Assembly (NCBI RefSeq): GCF_030373185.1
Contig: NZ_JAUCZH010000002.1
Location: 290,151 to 354,150 of the forward strand
Direction: 5' to 3'
Origin: Tabrizicola sp.
Lineage (GTDB): Bacteria; Pseudomonadota; Alphaproteobacteria; Rhodobacterales; Rhodobacteraceae
Length of the DNA stretch: 64,000 nt
In this document: positions 21,005 through 29,988 of the stretch, piece after piece
How the letters are laid out: each line of letters opens with the position of its first letter
Numbering within the stretch: position 1 is the first letter of the stretch
Translations under genes and position numbers: made by a program
Notes under the pieces: model-generated
The model's database searches: none
Told to the model about the DNA's origin: nothing
What the model saw: the letters and a program-made list of their open reading frames with translations, nothing else

Positions 21005-21403
21005 GTGACACATCGGTTTGCACTTGCTGTCGCCTTGGCACTTGCCCCCGGGCTGGCCGCTGCGGCGGATCGCCATACCTGCAAGATGATCGAAAAATTG
21101 TTGGAAACCACCGATCGGGGGCTGGAAGCGGTCGCCGCCGGAACCGCCGCCGGGCTGCCCGCAAGCGGCATCGCCACTTATGCGCGACAAGCGCAGGAGT
21201 TCGCGGCCCAATTCTCGACCAGAGACCCGCTTCCGGACAATGTGGTTGCTGCCTTGTCGGATATGGCGGAAGCTGCCGCATCGGTATTCTCGATTGCCGA
21301 GGCGGCTCCGGCCTTGCTTGACCCCGCACTGGTCGTCCATCAGGCGATGCCACAGGTTTGCCCGCAGTCAGAGGTGCCGGATCTGACGCGCCATCGGGTG
21401 TAG
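21005..21403 (+). CDS. Hypothetical exported protein
   Basis: AGGGGGAG RBS, GTG start, signal MTHRFALAVALALAPGLAAA; two Cys. Confidence 0.7.
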   Translation: MTHRFALAVALALAPGLAAAADRHTCKMIEKLLETTDRGLEAVAAGTAAGLPASGIATYARQAQEFAAQFSTRDPLPDNVVAALSDMAEAAASVFSIAEAAPALLDPALVVHQAMPQVCPQSEVPDLTRHRV

Positions 21404-21479
21404 GTCGGGCGGCATTTGCGGCCTCGCGCCAGGATTTTTTCCTCGACCTTCGAGGTCGCGGACCAGGAAAGGACTGCCG

Positions 21480-22529
21480 ATGGCGGGATATTCGGATTTC
21501 TCCTTCACATCGCTTTGGGCGCGGATCGGTGGTGGCGCGGACAAGATGGTGGCGGCAAGCGGAAACGCGCCGCGCGGTGTGGTGGTTGGCCTGCCCGAGG
21601 CGGAGCGGGCAGCCCTTGCAGCCCAGATCACGCCGCATCTTGCAGGGCTGGAAGACCTTCGGCGGCAGACCCTGAACACGGTGGACAGCCGCGCCCGTCT
21701 ATTGGTGCCTCTGGTCGGTGGCGGGGTGTTTGCTGCTTTGCTGGTTGGCGGACAAGACGCGACCCAGGCGGTGATCTTTGGGGTTCTTGGGGCCGTGGTC
21801 GGCTGGTTCATCGCAATGGGAAATCGGTCTGGCAGCTATCAAGCCGCAGTGAAGTCCCGCTTTGCCACGGTGATATCGGCACATCTTTCCGGCTTTGACC
21901 ACGTCGTGGAGCCTGAAACCGACCTTGCGCATCTTCGCGCTTGGCGCCTGTTTCCCGACCTGCAATCCGCGCGGACCCTTGACCGGATCAAGGGCGCCCG
22001 CGACGGCAGATCGCTGTCGCTTTCGGAAATGTCGGTGGCCTATGCACCGGGCAGGCGCGGCAGTATCGACAACAGCCTCAGCCTGACGGTCGTCGAGGTG
22101 GCATCCGGCGCGGTTGACGGCGCGGTCATCGTGCTGACGCCAAAGAATGCACCGCGTCGGTTGCTTGAAACGCAGGCCAGATCGTCCGATTTGCCCATTG
22201 CAACCACGGGTGATGCCGATTTCGATGCGACCTATAGCCTGCGCGCCAGCCCGCCTGACACTGCGGGCGAGCTGTCGCCTGCGATGCGGTCTGCGATCCT
22301 TGGCTTGGGCGAACAGGGGCCTGCTGGCCGTCCATACCTTGTGTTCCTGCCGGGATATCTGGCGGTTCTGTTTCCGACAAGATTGTCAGACCTCGCCTTT
22401 CATGTTCCACCCTACTGGGTGCCAATGGATGCAGACGCCCTTCTGGCGCAGTTTGCTTCCGACCTTGCTGTCAGGAACAGCCTGATAAATGCCGTGCTGG
22501 CATTGCCAGATGGGACTGGGTCGGCCTGA
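21480..22529 (+). CDS. Membrane-anchored hypothetical protein, DUF3137-like
   Basis: Two TM helices near aa 75-115 followed by a soluble domain with DADFDATY. Confidence 0.55.
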   Translation: MAGYSDFSFTSLWARIGGGADKMVAASGNAPRGVVVGLPEAERAALAAQITPHLAGLEDLRRQTLNTVDSRARLLVPLVGGGVFAALLVGGQDATQAVIFGVLGAVVGWFIAMGNRSGSYQAAVKSRFATVISAHLSGFDHVVEPETDLAHLRAWRLFPDLQSARTLDRIKGARDGRSLSLSEMSVAYAPGRRGSIDNSLSLTVVEVASGAVDGAVIVLTPKNAPRRLLETQARSSDLPIATTGDADFDATYSLRASPPDTAGELSPAMRSAILGLGEQGPAGRPYLVFLPGYLAVLFPTRLSDLAFHVPPYWVPMDADALLAQFASDLAVRNSLINAVLALPDGTGSA

Positions 22530-22559
22530 TGCCGGTGGGCCTTGGCGTTATTTTCGGCA

Positions 22560-22735
22560 AGGCGACCGAATGGGTCGGTCAGCGATCACGTCGAGGATCT
22601 CCGCCGGGTCGCGTTTCCACCAGTTTTCGGTCGAGAATATCTCTGCTTCGCAGGGGCCGTCGTATCTGGCCCGATCCTCGACGGATTGCCGTATCATGCG
22701 CGAGTCAGCCACACCGTCGCCCATGATGCCGCGTT
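22560..22735 (-). pseudogene. C-terminal remnant of a sugar-phosphate isomerase/epimerase (xylose-isomerase-like TIM barrel)
   Basis: ERGIMGDGVADSRMIRQSVEDRARYDGPCEAEIFSTENWWKRDPAEILDVI resembles the family C-terminus (RGMMGDG...GY.G..EVEIFS..NWW). Confidence 0.6.
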
Positions 22736-22840
22736 CGGGCGCCCCCCCGGCCACGGCCGCTTTGTCGATACGGCGCCCAGCCCGGTAGCTTTGGTTCCGT
22801 CAAAGACCAAGCATGGCAGCTGCGCCCGTATATGAACCGT

Positions 22841-22965
22841 CAGATTGGTTCGGACCTGCCCAACCAATCTGCCCCCGGACACGGGTTTCATCTGCGTGGG
22901 CAACCAATCTGCCGCCCCCACGGAAAAAACTTACCATTTACATTTTAACTGACTATCGGTTAGTT
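22841..22965. promoter_or_regulatory. Cluster of inverted and direct repeats, putative operators upstream of the enolase-superfamily gene
   Basis: CAGATTGGTT-N11-AACCAATCTG at 22841-22871; CAACCAATCTGCC at 22861 and again at 22901; AACTGAC-N5-GTTAGTT at 22947-22965. Confidence 0.4.
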
Positions 22966-22994
22966 TTTGTAGCAATATCCGATGGACGCTTTGA

Positions 22995-24206
22995 ATGCAG
23001 CCACTTGCCGATCTGCCCTTGGTGCTGTCGCAATCGAACCTGCAAGCGCGCGCAGGGTTGCCAGAATTCACTTTGGCGCAGGTGGAAACCTGGATCACCG
23101 CCCCCGCCGAGGGCGGTGAAGGTTGGGGTGAGGTAAAACCCTGTTTGCTGGTTCGCGTGACCACCAACGCCGGAATAGCCGGCTGGGGCGAGGCCTTTGT
23201 CCTGCCTTGTCGCGAGAAAGCAGTCGCTGAAATCATCCATGCGCTTGGCCAAGCATCGGTTTCGCTGCAACCCGCCTGGCCTTGGGTGTTTCGTGACATG
23301 GCACTTCGGATCGCCTCGAAACACCGAGGTCTGGACTTTTCTGCCGCCTCAAGCGCGTTGGAAATGGCCTTGTGGGACATCTACGGCAAGCTTGCCGAAG
23401 AACCGCTCTGCAAAGTTCTTGGCGGCCACACCAGGAGGGCCGTTCCGGTCTACGCGAATATCTGGAGCGACATGCAATGGGATGCCACTTCTCTGGCCAT
23501 GCGGGCATCCGGGCTGGTCGCTGCGGGATACACTGCTGTCAAGGTCCATCCCATGTTGAACCATTCGGTGACGGAGGCTGTGCAGGCTGTGGCGCGCGTC
23601 CGCGCCGCTATCGGCGATGAAATTCATCTTATGGTCGATCTGGACACTCAGGACGACCCAGAGACGTCGCTGTCCGTGGCTGAAAGAATCGCATCAGTTC
23701 GCCCTTACTGGTTTGAAGAACCGGTTGACGGACAAGACATTGAGGGCCTTGCAAGAATCCGCAAGACCACTGGAATGCGGATCGTTACTGGCGAAAAGCA
23801 TTGTGGCCTGCCGCATTTCCGTGCGGTCCTGACGGCAGGTGCGGCAGATATCCTCAACCCGGACATCGCTGGACTAGGGGGCCTTCTGGATATGATTGAG
23901 GTGGCTGAACTGGCCAATCGGCAAGGTGTCAAGGTCTCGCCACATTGCTGGAACTCGATGACTGTGGCGGCGGCGGCGATGTTGCATGTCTGCGCGGCAA
24001 TCCCCAACGCAGAGATGGCCGAGATATACCCGGAATATGTCGAGCACGGCGCCAGATACGCGACCACCGGCTTTCGCCTGGACGGCGCGCACGCCCATCT
24101 TTCCGGAAGGCCTGGTCTTGGTGTCGATATCGATACAAATGCGTTGCGCGATCTGTCCAGACACTTTCGGTCAAGCCGCCTGACCACGGCAAGGGCGACC
24201 CGGTAG
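22995..24206 (+). CDS. Mandelate racemase/muconate lactonising enzyme family (enolase superfamily)
   Basis: GWGE, ALEMALWDI.GK, metal ligands in MVD, WFEEP and GEK, DILNPD, PH at strand 7, PGLGV. Confidence 0.88.
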   Translation: MQPLADLPLVLSQSNLQARAGLPEFTLAQVETWITAPAEGGEGWGEVKPCLLVRVTTNAGIAGWGEAFVLPCREKAVAEIIHALGQASVSLQPAWPWVFRDMALRIASKHRGLDFSAASSALEMALWDIYGKLAEEPLCKVLGGHTRRAVPVYANIWSDMQWDATSLAMRASGLVAAGYTAVKVHPMLNHSVTEAVQAVARVRAAIGDEIHLMVDLDTQDDPETSLSVAERIASVRPYWFEEPVDGQDIEGLARIRKTTGMRIVTGEKHCGLPHFRAVLTAGAADILNPDIAGLGGLLDMIEVAELANRQGVKVSPHCWNSMTVAAAAMLHVCAAIPNAEMAEIYPEYVEHGARYATTGFRLDGAHAHLSGRPGLGVDIDTNALRDLSRHFRSSRLTTARATR

Positions 24207-24231
24207 TGTCGCCAATCGGATTCATGTCCAG

Positions 24232-24534
24232 TTGCCGGCCTTTGATGCCAGCGCGGTCTGGGGGCTGTTCCGGGTGCGCATCCGGAGGTTCAGGTCCGGG
24301 TATTTTCCCGCGCCGGGAACGACCCTTTCAACTATGACGCCTTCGATCTGGATATCCGGCATGGCACCGGGGTTCTACCAGAGGCGGCGGCTTGCGCCCC
24401 TGGCCCTGTGGGTTCCAATCGACGAAGCCTTCTTCCTGTCAGAGCCATGTACCGGGCCGACTCATTTGTTCCGGGATGTGTTCGCCAATTGCTTCAAGGC
24501 AGAAGCCGCGCCCCAGATTTCAGGTCTCTCTTGA
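24232..24534 (+). pseudogene. Decayed copy of the GcvA-like LysR at 5687-6589 (effector-domain fragments)
   Basis: DNA blocks match about 6020-6155 and 6450-6589 (e.g. gttcaggtccgggt, gccttcgatctggatatcc, ggttccaatcgacga); HTH missing, frameshifts, internal deletion. Confidence 0.8.
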
Positions 24535-24609
24535 CCATAGGTCACTATTCTTACCAATGGCTGGAGAATACTTTTCGCCTGAAAGCACCGTCAGAACAGG
24601 ATCCCAGTC

Positions 24610-25518
24610 ATGCAGCCCTTCTCCGGACTGAGCAGCGAAGCCCTGAGTTTGCTCAGTCAAGCGGCAAAACCGCGGGACAGATCCGCCCGGAACCTTCCCG
24701 GCATGCGGGCGAAAGCCAAGGCATTTGCCATGGCCGAGGCTCCGCGCATCTGTCGGGCGTATGGCACAACGATTGACGAGACGATCCTTGGTGGGGTGCG
24801 CTGCCTTGACGTGAGTCCGCCGGACCTGCGGGTTGACTGGCCCATCCTCTATGGCTTTGGCGGAGGAATGGTCGAAGGCAGCCCGGTGGAGGATCTGCCG
24901 ATCATTGCCCCCCTCTCGGCCCTGACCGGCGCAAGGGTCATCGTCCCCGATTATCGGCTGGCCCCCGAACATCCCTGGCCTGCCGCCCTTGACGATGGCT
25001 TTGCGGTCTATCGCGAAATTGCCGACCAGCCCTTTGCCACCGTGGGCGAATCCGCCGGGGGCAACCTGTCGCTTGCCTGGATGCTCAAGGCCAAAGCCGA
25101 AGGTCTGCGCCTGCCAGATACTGCGGCCCTGCTGTCGCCATGGTGCGACCTGAGCAACGCCGGTGACAGCCTGACCTTCAACGAAGGCCGCGATCTGACA
25201 CTGACGCGGCGCAATTCGCACCTTGCGGCGGGCTATTATGCCGGGGCGAACAAGGTGGATCAGCCGTTGATTTCGCCGATCCACGGCTCGTTCGACACCA
25301 GCTTTCCGCCCTGCCTGATCACCTCAGGAACCCGCGACCTGCTGCTCAGCCAGGCGGTGCGGCTGTCGCAAAGACTGCGCGACTGCGGAGCGACGGTCGA
25401 CTTGCAGATCTGGGAAGGGCTTTGGCATGTCTTTGAATGGTATGAAGACCTGCCCGAGGCACGAGAATCCATTCGGCGGGTTGCAGACCACCTGACCCGC
25501 GGCATGACCGCTTGCTGA
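24610..25518 (+). CDS. Alpha/beta hydrolase, HSL/lipase family IV esterase
   Basis: YGFGGG oxyanion region, DYRLAPEHPWPA, GESAGG nucleophile, SPW, GTRD, WHVF. Confidence 0.88.
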   Translation: MQPFSGLSSEALSLLSQAAKPRDRSARNLPGMRAKAKAFAMAEAPRICRAYGTTIDETILGGVRCLDVSPPDLRVDWPILYGFGGGMVEGSPVEDLPIIAPLSALTGARVIVPDYRLAPEHPWPAALDDGFAVYREIADQPFATVGESAGGNLSLAWMLKAKAEGLRLPDTAALLSPWCDLSNAGDSLTFNEGRDLTLTRRNSHLAAGYYAGANKVDQPLISPIHGSFDTSFPPCLITSGTRDLLLSQAVRLSQRLRDCGATVDLQIWEGLWHVFEWYEDLPEARESIRRVADHLTRGMTAC

Positions 25519-25521
25519 CCG

Positions 25522-26205
25522 TCAGCGTGCCATGGAATTTTCCAGAAAGGCGCGCGTGCCAAGTGCTATGCGCGCGACGTTCTCAATCTTTTCTCGTGCA
25601 GCCCGGTGATGCCCAAGGCTAGCGTCATCCGTTGGCAGGAACTTCATCAACTCGTATTCAAGGTCGCCGATCGCGCGCGCACCGTCCAGCGGCTCCACCC
25701 GCGAGCCGACGCGAACCCAGATGCCATCAATGAGAAGGTTCAGTTGGCGCGCGATGATCCTCGCCTCGTCCCTTGGCACGAAGCTCTTCAGCTCATGCGC
25801 AAAATTGCTGGCCACTCGCGCATAATTGGCGATCTGCACACGCTGGCATTCCCGGTTGTGGGGAACCTCTGCCATCAGTGATACCCAAGCCTGGCAGACC
25901 GCCTGATTGAAGATCGACTCGTGGAAGTTCGCGATGATGATTGCCCAAAGCCGTTCATAGGGTGTCTCGGCATGCCGGTAGAGTTCGACCAGAGATGTGC
26001 TGAGCATGCCGTTGGTTCGGCGGATCACGGCTTCAAGGAGAGAGCTCTTGTCCTTGAAATGGTGCAGGACGACGCCTTTGGACACCCCTGCGATTTCGCC
26101 AACCTTCTCAAGCGTCGTGCCGCGCAGCCCATAGCGCACGACCGCCTCGAACGCCGCGTTGGAAAGTTCGGCACGTCGGATCGTGCGGATCGACCTTGAT
26201 CGCAA
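25522..26205 (-). CDS. TetR-family regulator, BetI-like
   Basis: Probable TTG start at 26205 with GAAGGG RBS; IRRAEL, TTLEKVGEIAGVSKGVVLHHFKDK; BetI-type C-terminus (AWVSL, LIDGIWVR). Confidence 0.8.
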   Translation of the reverse strand: MRSRSIRTIRRAELSNAAFEAVVRYGLRGTTLEKVGEIAGVSKGVVLHHFKDKSSLLEAVIRRTNGMLSTSLVELYRHAETPYERLWAIIIANFHESIFNQAVCQAWVSLMAEVPHNRECQRVQIANYARVASNFAHELKSFVPRDEARIIARQLNLLIDGIWVRVGSRVEPLDGARAIGDLEYELMKFLPTDDASLGHHRAAREKIENVARIALGTRAFLENSMAR

Positions 26206-26375
26206 TTGGTGCCACCCTTCAGCAGTTGGTGTCCAAGGATCAGATATCCCGAACAGCACAGCAATACCTGATCAGAGTATCAAATACTTACTGAAAGAAA
26301 AGAACCAGCCTTTCCGGTCGCCTCGATGCCATCACTCCCTCGGAAGTCGGCCAGATACGAATTCGACTGCGGGCA

Positions 26376-26690
26376 TCAACCATTTTGCTCGTTGCCCGAC
26401 CGTTCTGCCAGCAGCCGATTCAGCCTGTCGGGGTCCATTTCCGGGACGGAGGAGAGGAGGAGGAGGTTTGTGTAGGCTTCTTTCGGATTGGCAAAGAGCT
26501 CTGCCTTTGGTCCGCGTTCGATCACGACGCCGTGTTGCATGACCACCACCTCGTCGGCGATGAATTTCACGGCGGCGAGGTCATGCGGAATGAACATGTA
26601 GGCGAGGTTCAGCTCGCCTTTCCTCGGTCGCCGACCGGCCCAGAAGCTCACGCGCAAGGTCGCCCGGCGGAAGCTCGGTCGCCCCGCTTG
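26376..26690 (-). pseudogene. Fused remnants of dppB (5' part) and the ABC ATPase (3' part); inverted duplicate of the 38774-42267 operon
   Basis: Reverse complement matches 38854-38931 and then jumps directly to 42037-42251 (ELNLAYMFI.HDLA...SSVPEMDPD.LNRLLAER). Confidence 0.88.
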
Positions 26691-26824
26691 CCGTTGTTCT
26701 TGCCCTGCGGTCTTTGCGCCGCATTGGCAGAAAGGCCCCGGCAGGCAGAACCCGCCGGGGCCATGTCGTCAGATCCGAAGGATCACGCGAACCACCACCG
26801 CTCCACGCAACGGAACCCGTCAAG
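26682..26824. repeat. 143-bp perfect inverted repeat, partner at 38624-38766
   Basis: Base-by-base comparison: last 42 nt of the SBP gene plus the intergenic region are identical. Confidence 0.9.
26729..26762 (-). terminator. GC-rich stem-loop after SBP gene 1
   Basis: GGCCCCGGC...GCCGGGGCC followed by TTTCT on the minus strand. Confidence 0.55.
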
Positions 26825-28354
26825 ATCCCAGTTCGCGCCGACTACATCGGGGGTCGCGACGGCGTTCGAGACGCCCATGACAAAGCTTGCGAACATCGGG
26901 ATCACCACGCCGCCCTCGTTCGACACGATGGCCTGCATCTCGTGATAGATCTCGGCCCGCTTGGCCTCGTCCAGTTCGGACCGGCCTTGCAGCAGCAAGG
27001 TATTGAACCGCTCGTTGTCCCAGTAGCTTTCGTTCCAGGGTGCGCCTGCGGCATAGGCGGTCGAGAACATCCAGTCACAGGTAGCACGGCCGCCCCAGTA
27101 GGATGCACACCACGGCTTCTGCATCCAGACGTTGCTCCAGTACCCGTCGTTGGGCGCGCGTTCGACCGTGATGTTGATGCCGCCGGCAGCGGCCCGTTCG
27201 GCATAGAGCGAGCCTGAATCCGTCGCGCCCGTGAAGCCGGCCTCGGCCACCCACAAGGAAACATCGAGCGAGGTCAGCCCAGCCTTTCCCAGATGGAACC
27301 TGGCCTTGTCAGGGTCATAGCTGTTCACCGGCAGATCGGCCGCGTAGTATTGCTGCGTCGGTCCGATCGGGTTGTCATTCCCGACGGCGCCATAGCCGTA
27401 GAGGATCTTGTCGACCATCTCCTGGCGGTCGAGGGCATGCTTCAGCGCAAGCCGGACGTTATTGTCGTTGAACGGTGCTGCTCGCGTGTCCATCGGGAAG
27501 CAGAAGTGCTGGTTGCCAGTGACAGAGATGACCCGGATAGAAGGGTCGCGGGACATCATCGAGACCGTGGTCAGGTCAAGCTGGTTGACGACGTCTACCT
27601 CGCCGGTCAGGAGCGCGTTCTGCCGCGCTACCGGATCGGTAAGGGCCAGCAGCAACAGCCCGTCGAAATGCGCACGATCGGTCTTCCAGTAGCCCGCATG
27701 CCTGCTCAGCGTGGCGTTGATGCCGGGCTCGAAGCTGTCCACCCTGTAAGGCCCGCAGCCGTCCGGAGAGGTCGGATCGATCTTGCCGTCTTTCGCGGGC
27801 ATGATCGGCAGGTGGTAGTCCGACATCAGATAGGGGAAGTCGGCATTGCCGCCACTCAGGGTGACGATCATCGTGTTCGGTCCGTCGGCCTTGATCTCGA
27901 CGATCGGATCGACGATCGGCTTGGCCGCAGAGGTGCTGTCCGGGCCGCGATGATAGTTGATCGAGGCGATCACGTCGTCGGCTGTAAGTGTGCCGCCGCT
28001 GTGGAAAGTGATCCCCTGCCGGATCTTCAGGGTCCAGGTCGTGGCATCTGCACTGGCTTCCCAGCTTTCCGCGACTTCGCCAACCAGCGAGCCGTCAGCC
28101 GCGATTTCCGTCAGATAGTTGTGCCGCGCCTGGGCAAAGACCTGGACAAAGTTCGTGTCCCAGACGCCCGGGTCGTAATTGTCGACCGTGCTGCCCGAGT
28201 TGAAGCCGATCCGCAGGGTCCCACCCTTTTTCGGTTCGGTCTGGGCCATTGCCATGCCGGCGGGCAGCATCAGCCCTGCCGCCGTCATGGCCATCCCGCT
28301 TTTCAACAGGCCGCGACGGGTCATTCCGCCTTGGCCGATCAGATGGTTGGTCAT
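26783..28354 (-). CDS. ABC transporter substrate-binding protein, family 5 (OppA/DppA), TAT signal; copy 1
   Basis: MTRRGLL twin-Arg leader; ELAESW-like, IRQGITFHSG, GCGPY, WMQKPW, YWGGR. Confidence 0.9.
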   Translation of the reverse strand: MTNHLIGQGGMTRRGLLKSGMAMTAAGLMLPAGMAMAQTEPKKGGTLRIGFNSGSTVDNYDPGVWDTNFVQVFAQARHNYLTEIAADGSLVGEVAESWEASADATTWTLKIRQGITFHSGGTLTADDVIASINYHRGPDSTSAAKPIVDPIVEIKADGPNTMIVTLSGGNADFPYLMSDYHLPIMPAKDGKIDPTSPDGCGPYRVDSFEPGINATLSRHAGYWKTDRAHFDGLLLLALTDPVARQNALLTGEVDVVNQLDLTTVSMMSRDPSIRVISVTGNQHFCFPMDTRAAPFNDNNVRLALKHALDRQEMVDKILYGYGAVGNDNPIGPTQQYYAADLPVNSYDPDKARFHLGKAGLTSLDVSLWVAEAGFTGATDSGSLYAERAAAGGINITVERAPNDGYWSNVWMQKPWCASYWGGRATCDWMFSTAYAAGAPWNESYWDNERFNTLLLQGRSELDEAKRAEIYHEMQAIVSNEGGVVIPMFASFVMGVSNAVATPDVVGANWDLDGFRCVERWWFA

Positions 28355-28470
28355 CAGTCTCTCCTCCCTTGGTTTGTCCGTTGCGGCGCCTTCCTCCTCG
28401 AAGGTCACCTTGGTCTTTTCAGCATCCAGCCGTGATGAATCCTCCAGAGTTCGTCGGGTCGATCGACGTG

Positions 28471-29988
28471 TCAGGCCGGATGGAACGCATCCTTGAACTG
28501 TCCCCTGAGAATGTTCTTCTGCACCTTGGCCATCGTGTTGCGCGGCAGCTCCGGCACCACGACCAGCCGTCTGGGATGCTTGAAGCGGGCCAGGGATGTC
28601 TGGACCGCCGCCATTATGCGGTCGAGGTCCGGCGACTGGCCGGGTTCGGCCACGATCACCCCGATCACGGTCTCTCCCAGGTCGCGGTGCGGTACGCCGA
28701 TGACCGCGCTTTCCAGCACCCCAGCTTGCGCATCCAGCACCAGTTCGATTTCCTTGGGATAGATGTTGTAGCCGCCGGAAATGATCAGGTCCTTGTTGCG
28801 CCCAAGGATGTGCAGATAGCCGTCCTCGTCGATCTTCCCCAGATCACCGGTGATGAAGAACCCATCTTCCCGCAGTTCTGCCGCGGTTTTCTCGGGCATC
28901 TGCCAATAGCCCTTGAAGACGTTCGGCCCGCGAACCTCGATCTGGCCCACCGTGTCACCGGGCAAGGTGGCGCCGGTGACAGGGTCGGTGACCTTTACCT
29001 CCACTCCGGGAAGTGGAAGGCCTACGGAGCCTGCGCGCCGGTCCCCCTCATAGGGGTTCGACGTGTTCATGTTGGTTTCGGTCATGCCGTAGCGTTCAAG
29101 GATGCGGTGGCCCGTGCGCTCTTCGAACTGGATATGCGTCTCGGCCAGAAGGGGCGCAGAACCAGAAACGAATAGGCGCATGCCAGATGCCAGCCCGCGG
29201 TCGAAACGCGGGTGGTCCAGAAGCCGCGTGTAGAAGGTCGGCACCCCCATCAGGACCGTTGACTGCGGCACAAGGTCGACAATCTGATCGACGTTGAACT
29301 GGGGCAGGAAGATCATCGACGCGCCCGCAACCAGTGTCACATTGGTCGCCACGAACAGGCCGTGAGTGTGAAAGATCGGCAGGGCGTGCAGCAGGACATC
29401 CGCAGAGGTGAACCGCCATTGCTTCGCCAGCGTCACGGCATTCGTCAGAAGGTTCCCCTGGCTGAGCATTGCCCCCTTGGAGCGTCCGGTCGTACCAGAC
29501 GTGTAAAGCAGTGCCGCAAGGTCATCGGCTGATCGCTCCACAGTCGGGAAAGCCTCGGGCATCACCCGCGCGCTGTCCGTCAATGTGCCGGATCCATCCG
29601 CGTTCAGTGTCTCCAGGCTTGCCCCTGCCCGCTTGGCGACGGAGGACAAGGCCTGCTCGGCCTTCGCATCGCAGACAATCATCCGCGCGCCGCTGTCTTC
29701 GACAAAGTAGCGAAGTTCGTCGGTGGTATAGGCGGTGTTCAGCGGCAGGAACACAACACCAGCCTGGACGCAGGCGGCGTAAAGGGCCAAGGCTTCGGGT
29801 GATTTCTGCACCTGAGCAGCAAGCCGGTCGCCAGACCGCAGGCCGCCTTGCGCGAGAACATGCGCCATCTGCGCGGCAAGGCCAAGAAAGGCCGCGTAAG
29901 TCACGACCGAGCCGTCCGCCAGCCGCAGCAACGGACTGCCCTTGCCGATGTGACTTCCGAACAACTGATCGTAGAGCGGGTTGGTCAT
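28471..29988 (-). CDS. matB: Malonyl-CoA synthetase
   Basis: YTSGTTGRSKGAML, LHALPIFHTHGLFVA, ERYGMTET, GRNKDLIISGGYN; adjacent to malonyl-CoA decarboxylase. Confidence 0.9.
   Translation of the reverse strand: MTNPLYDQLFGSHIGKGSPLLRLADGSVVTYAAFLGLAAQMAHVLAQGGLRSGDRLAAQVQKSPEALALYAACVQAGVVFLPLNTAYTTDELRYFVEDSGARMIVCDAKAEQALSSVAKRAGASLETLNADGSGTLTDSARVMPEAFPTVERSADDLAALLYTSGTTGRSKGAMLSQGNLLTNAVTLAKQWRFTSADVLLHALPIFHTHGLFVATNVTLVAGASMIFLPQFNVDQIVDLVPQSTVLMGVPTFYTRLLDHPRFDRGLASGMRLFVSGSAPLLAETHIQFEERTGHRILERYGMTETNMNTSNPYEGDRRAGSVGLPLPGVEVKVTDPVTGATLPGDTVGQIEVRGPNVFKGYWQMPEKTAAELREDGFFITGDLGKIDEDGYLHILGRNKDLIISGGYNIYPKEIELVLDAQAGVLESAVIGVPHRDLGETVIGVIVAEPGQSPDLDRIMAAVQTSLARFKHPRRLVVVPELPRNTMAKVQKNILRGQFKDAFHPA

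Noticed and set aside
22841-22913. CRISPR array or plasmid iterons
   Set aside because: Only three short copies in mixed orientation, with no cas or rep gene nearby.
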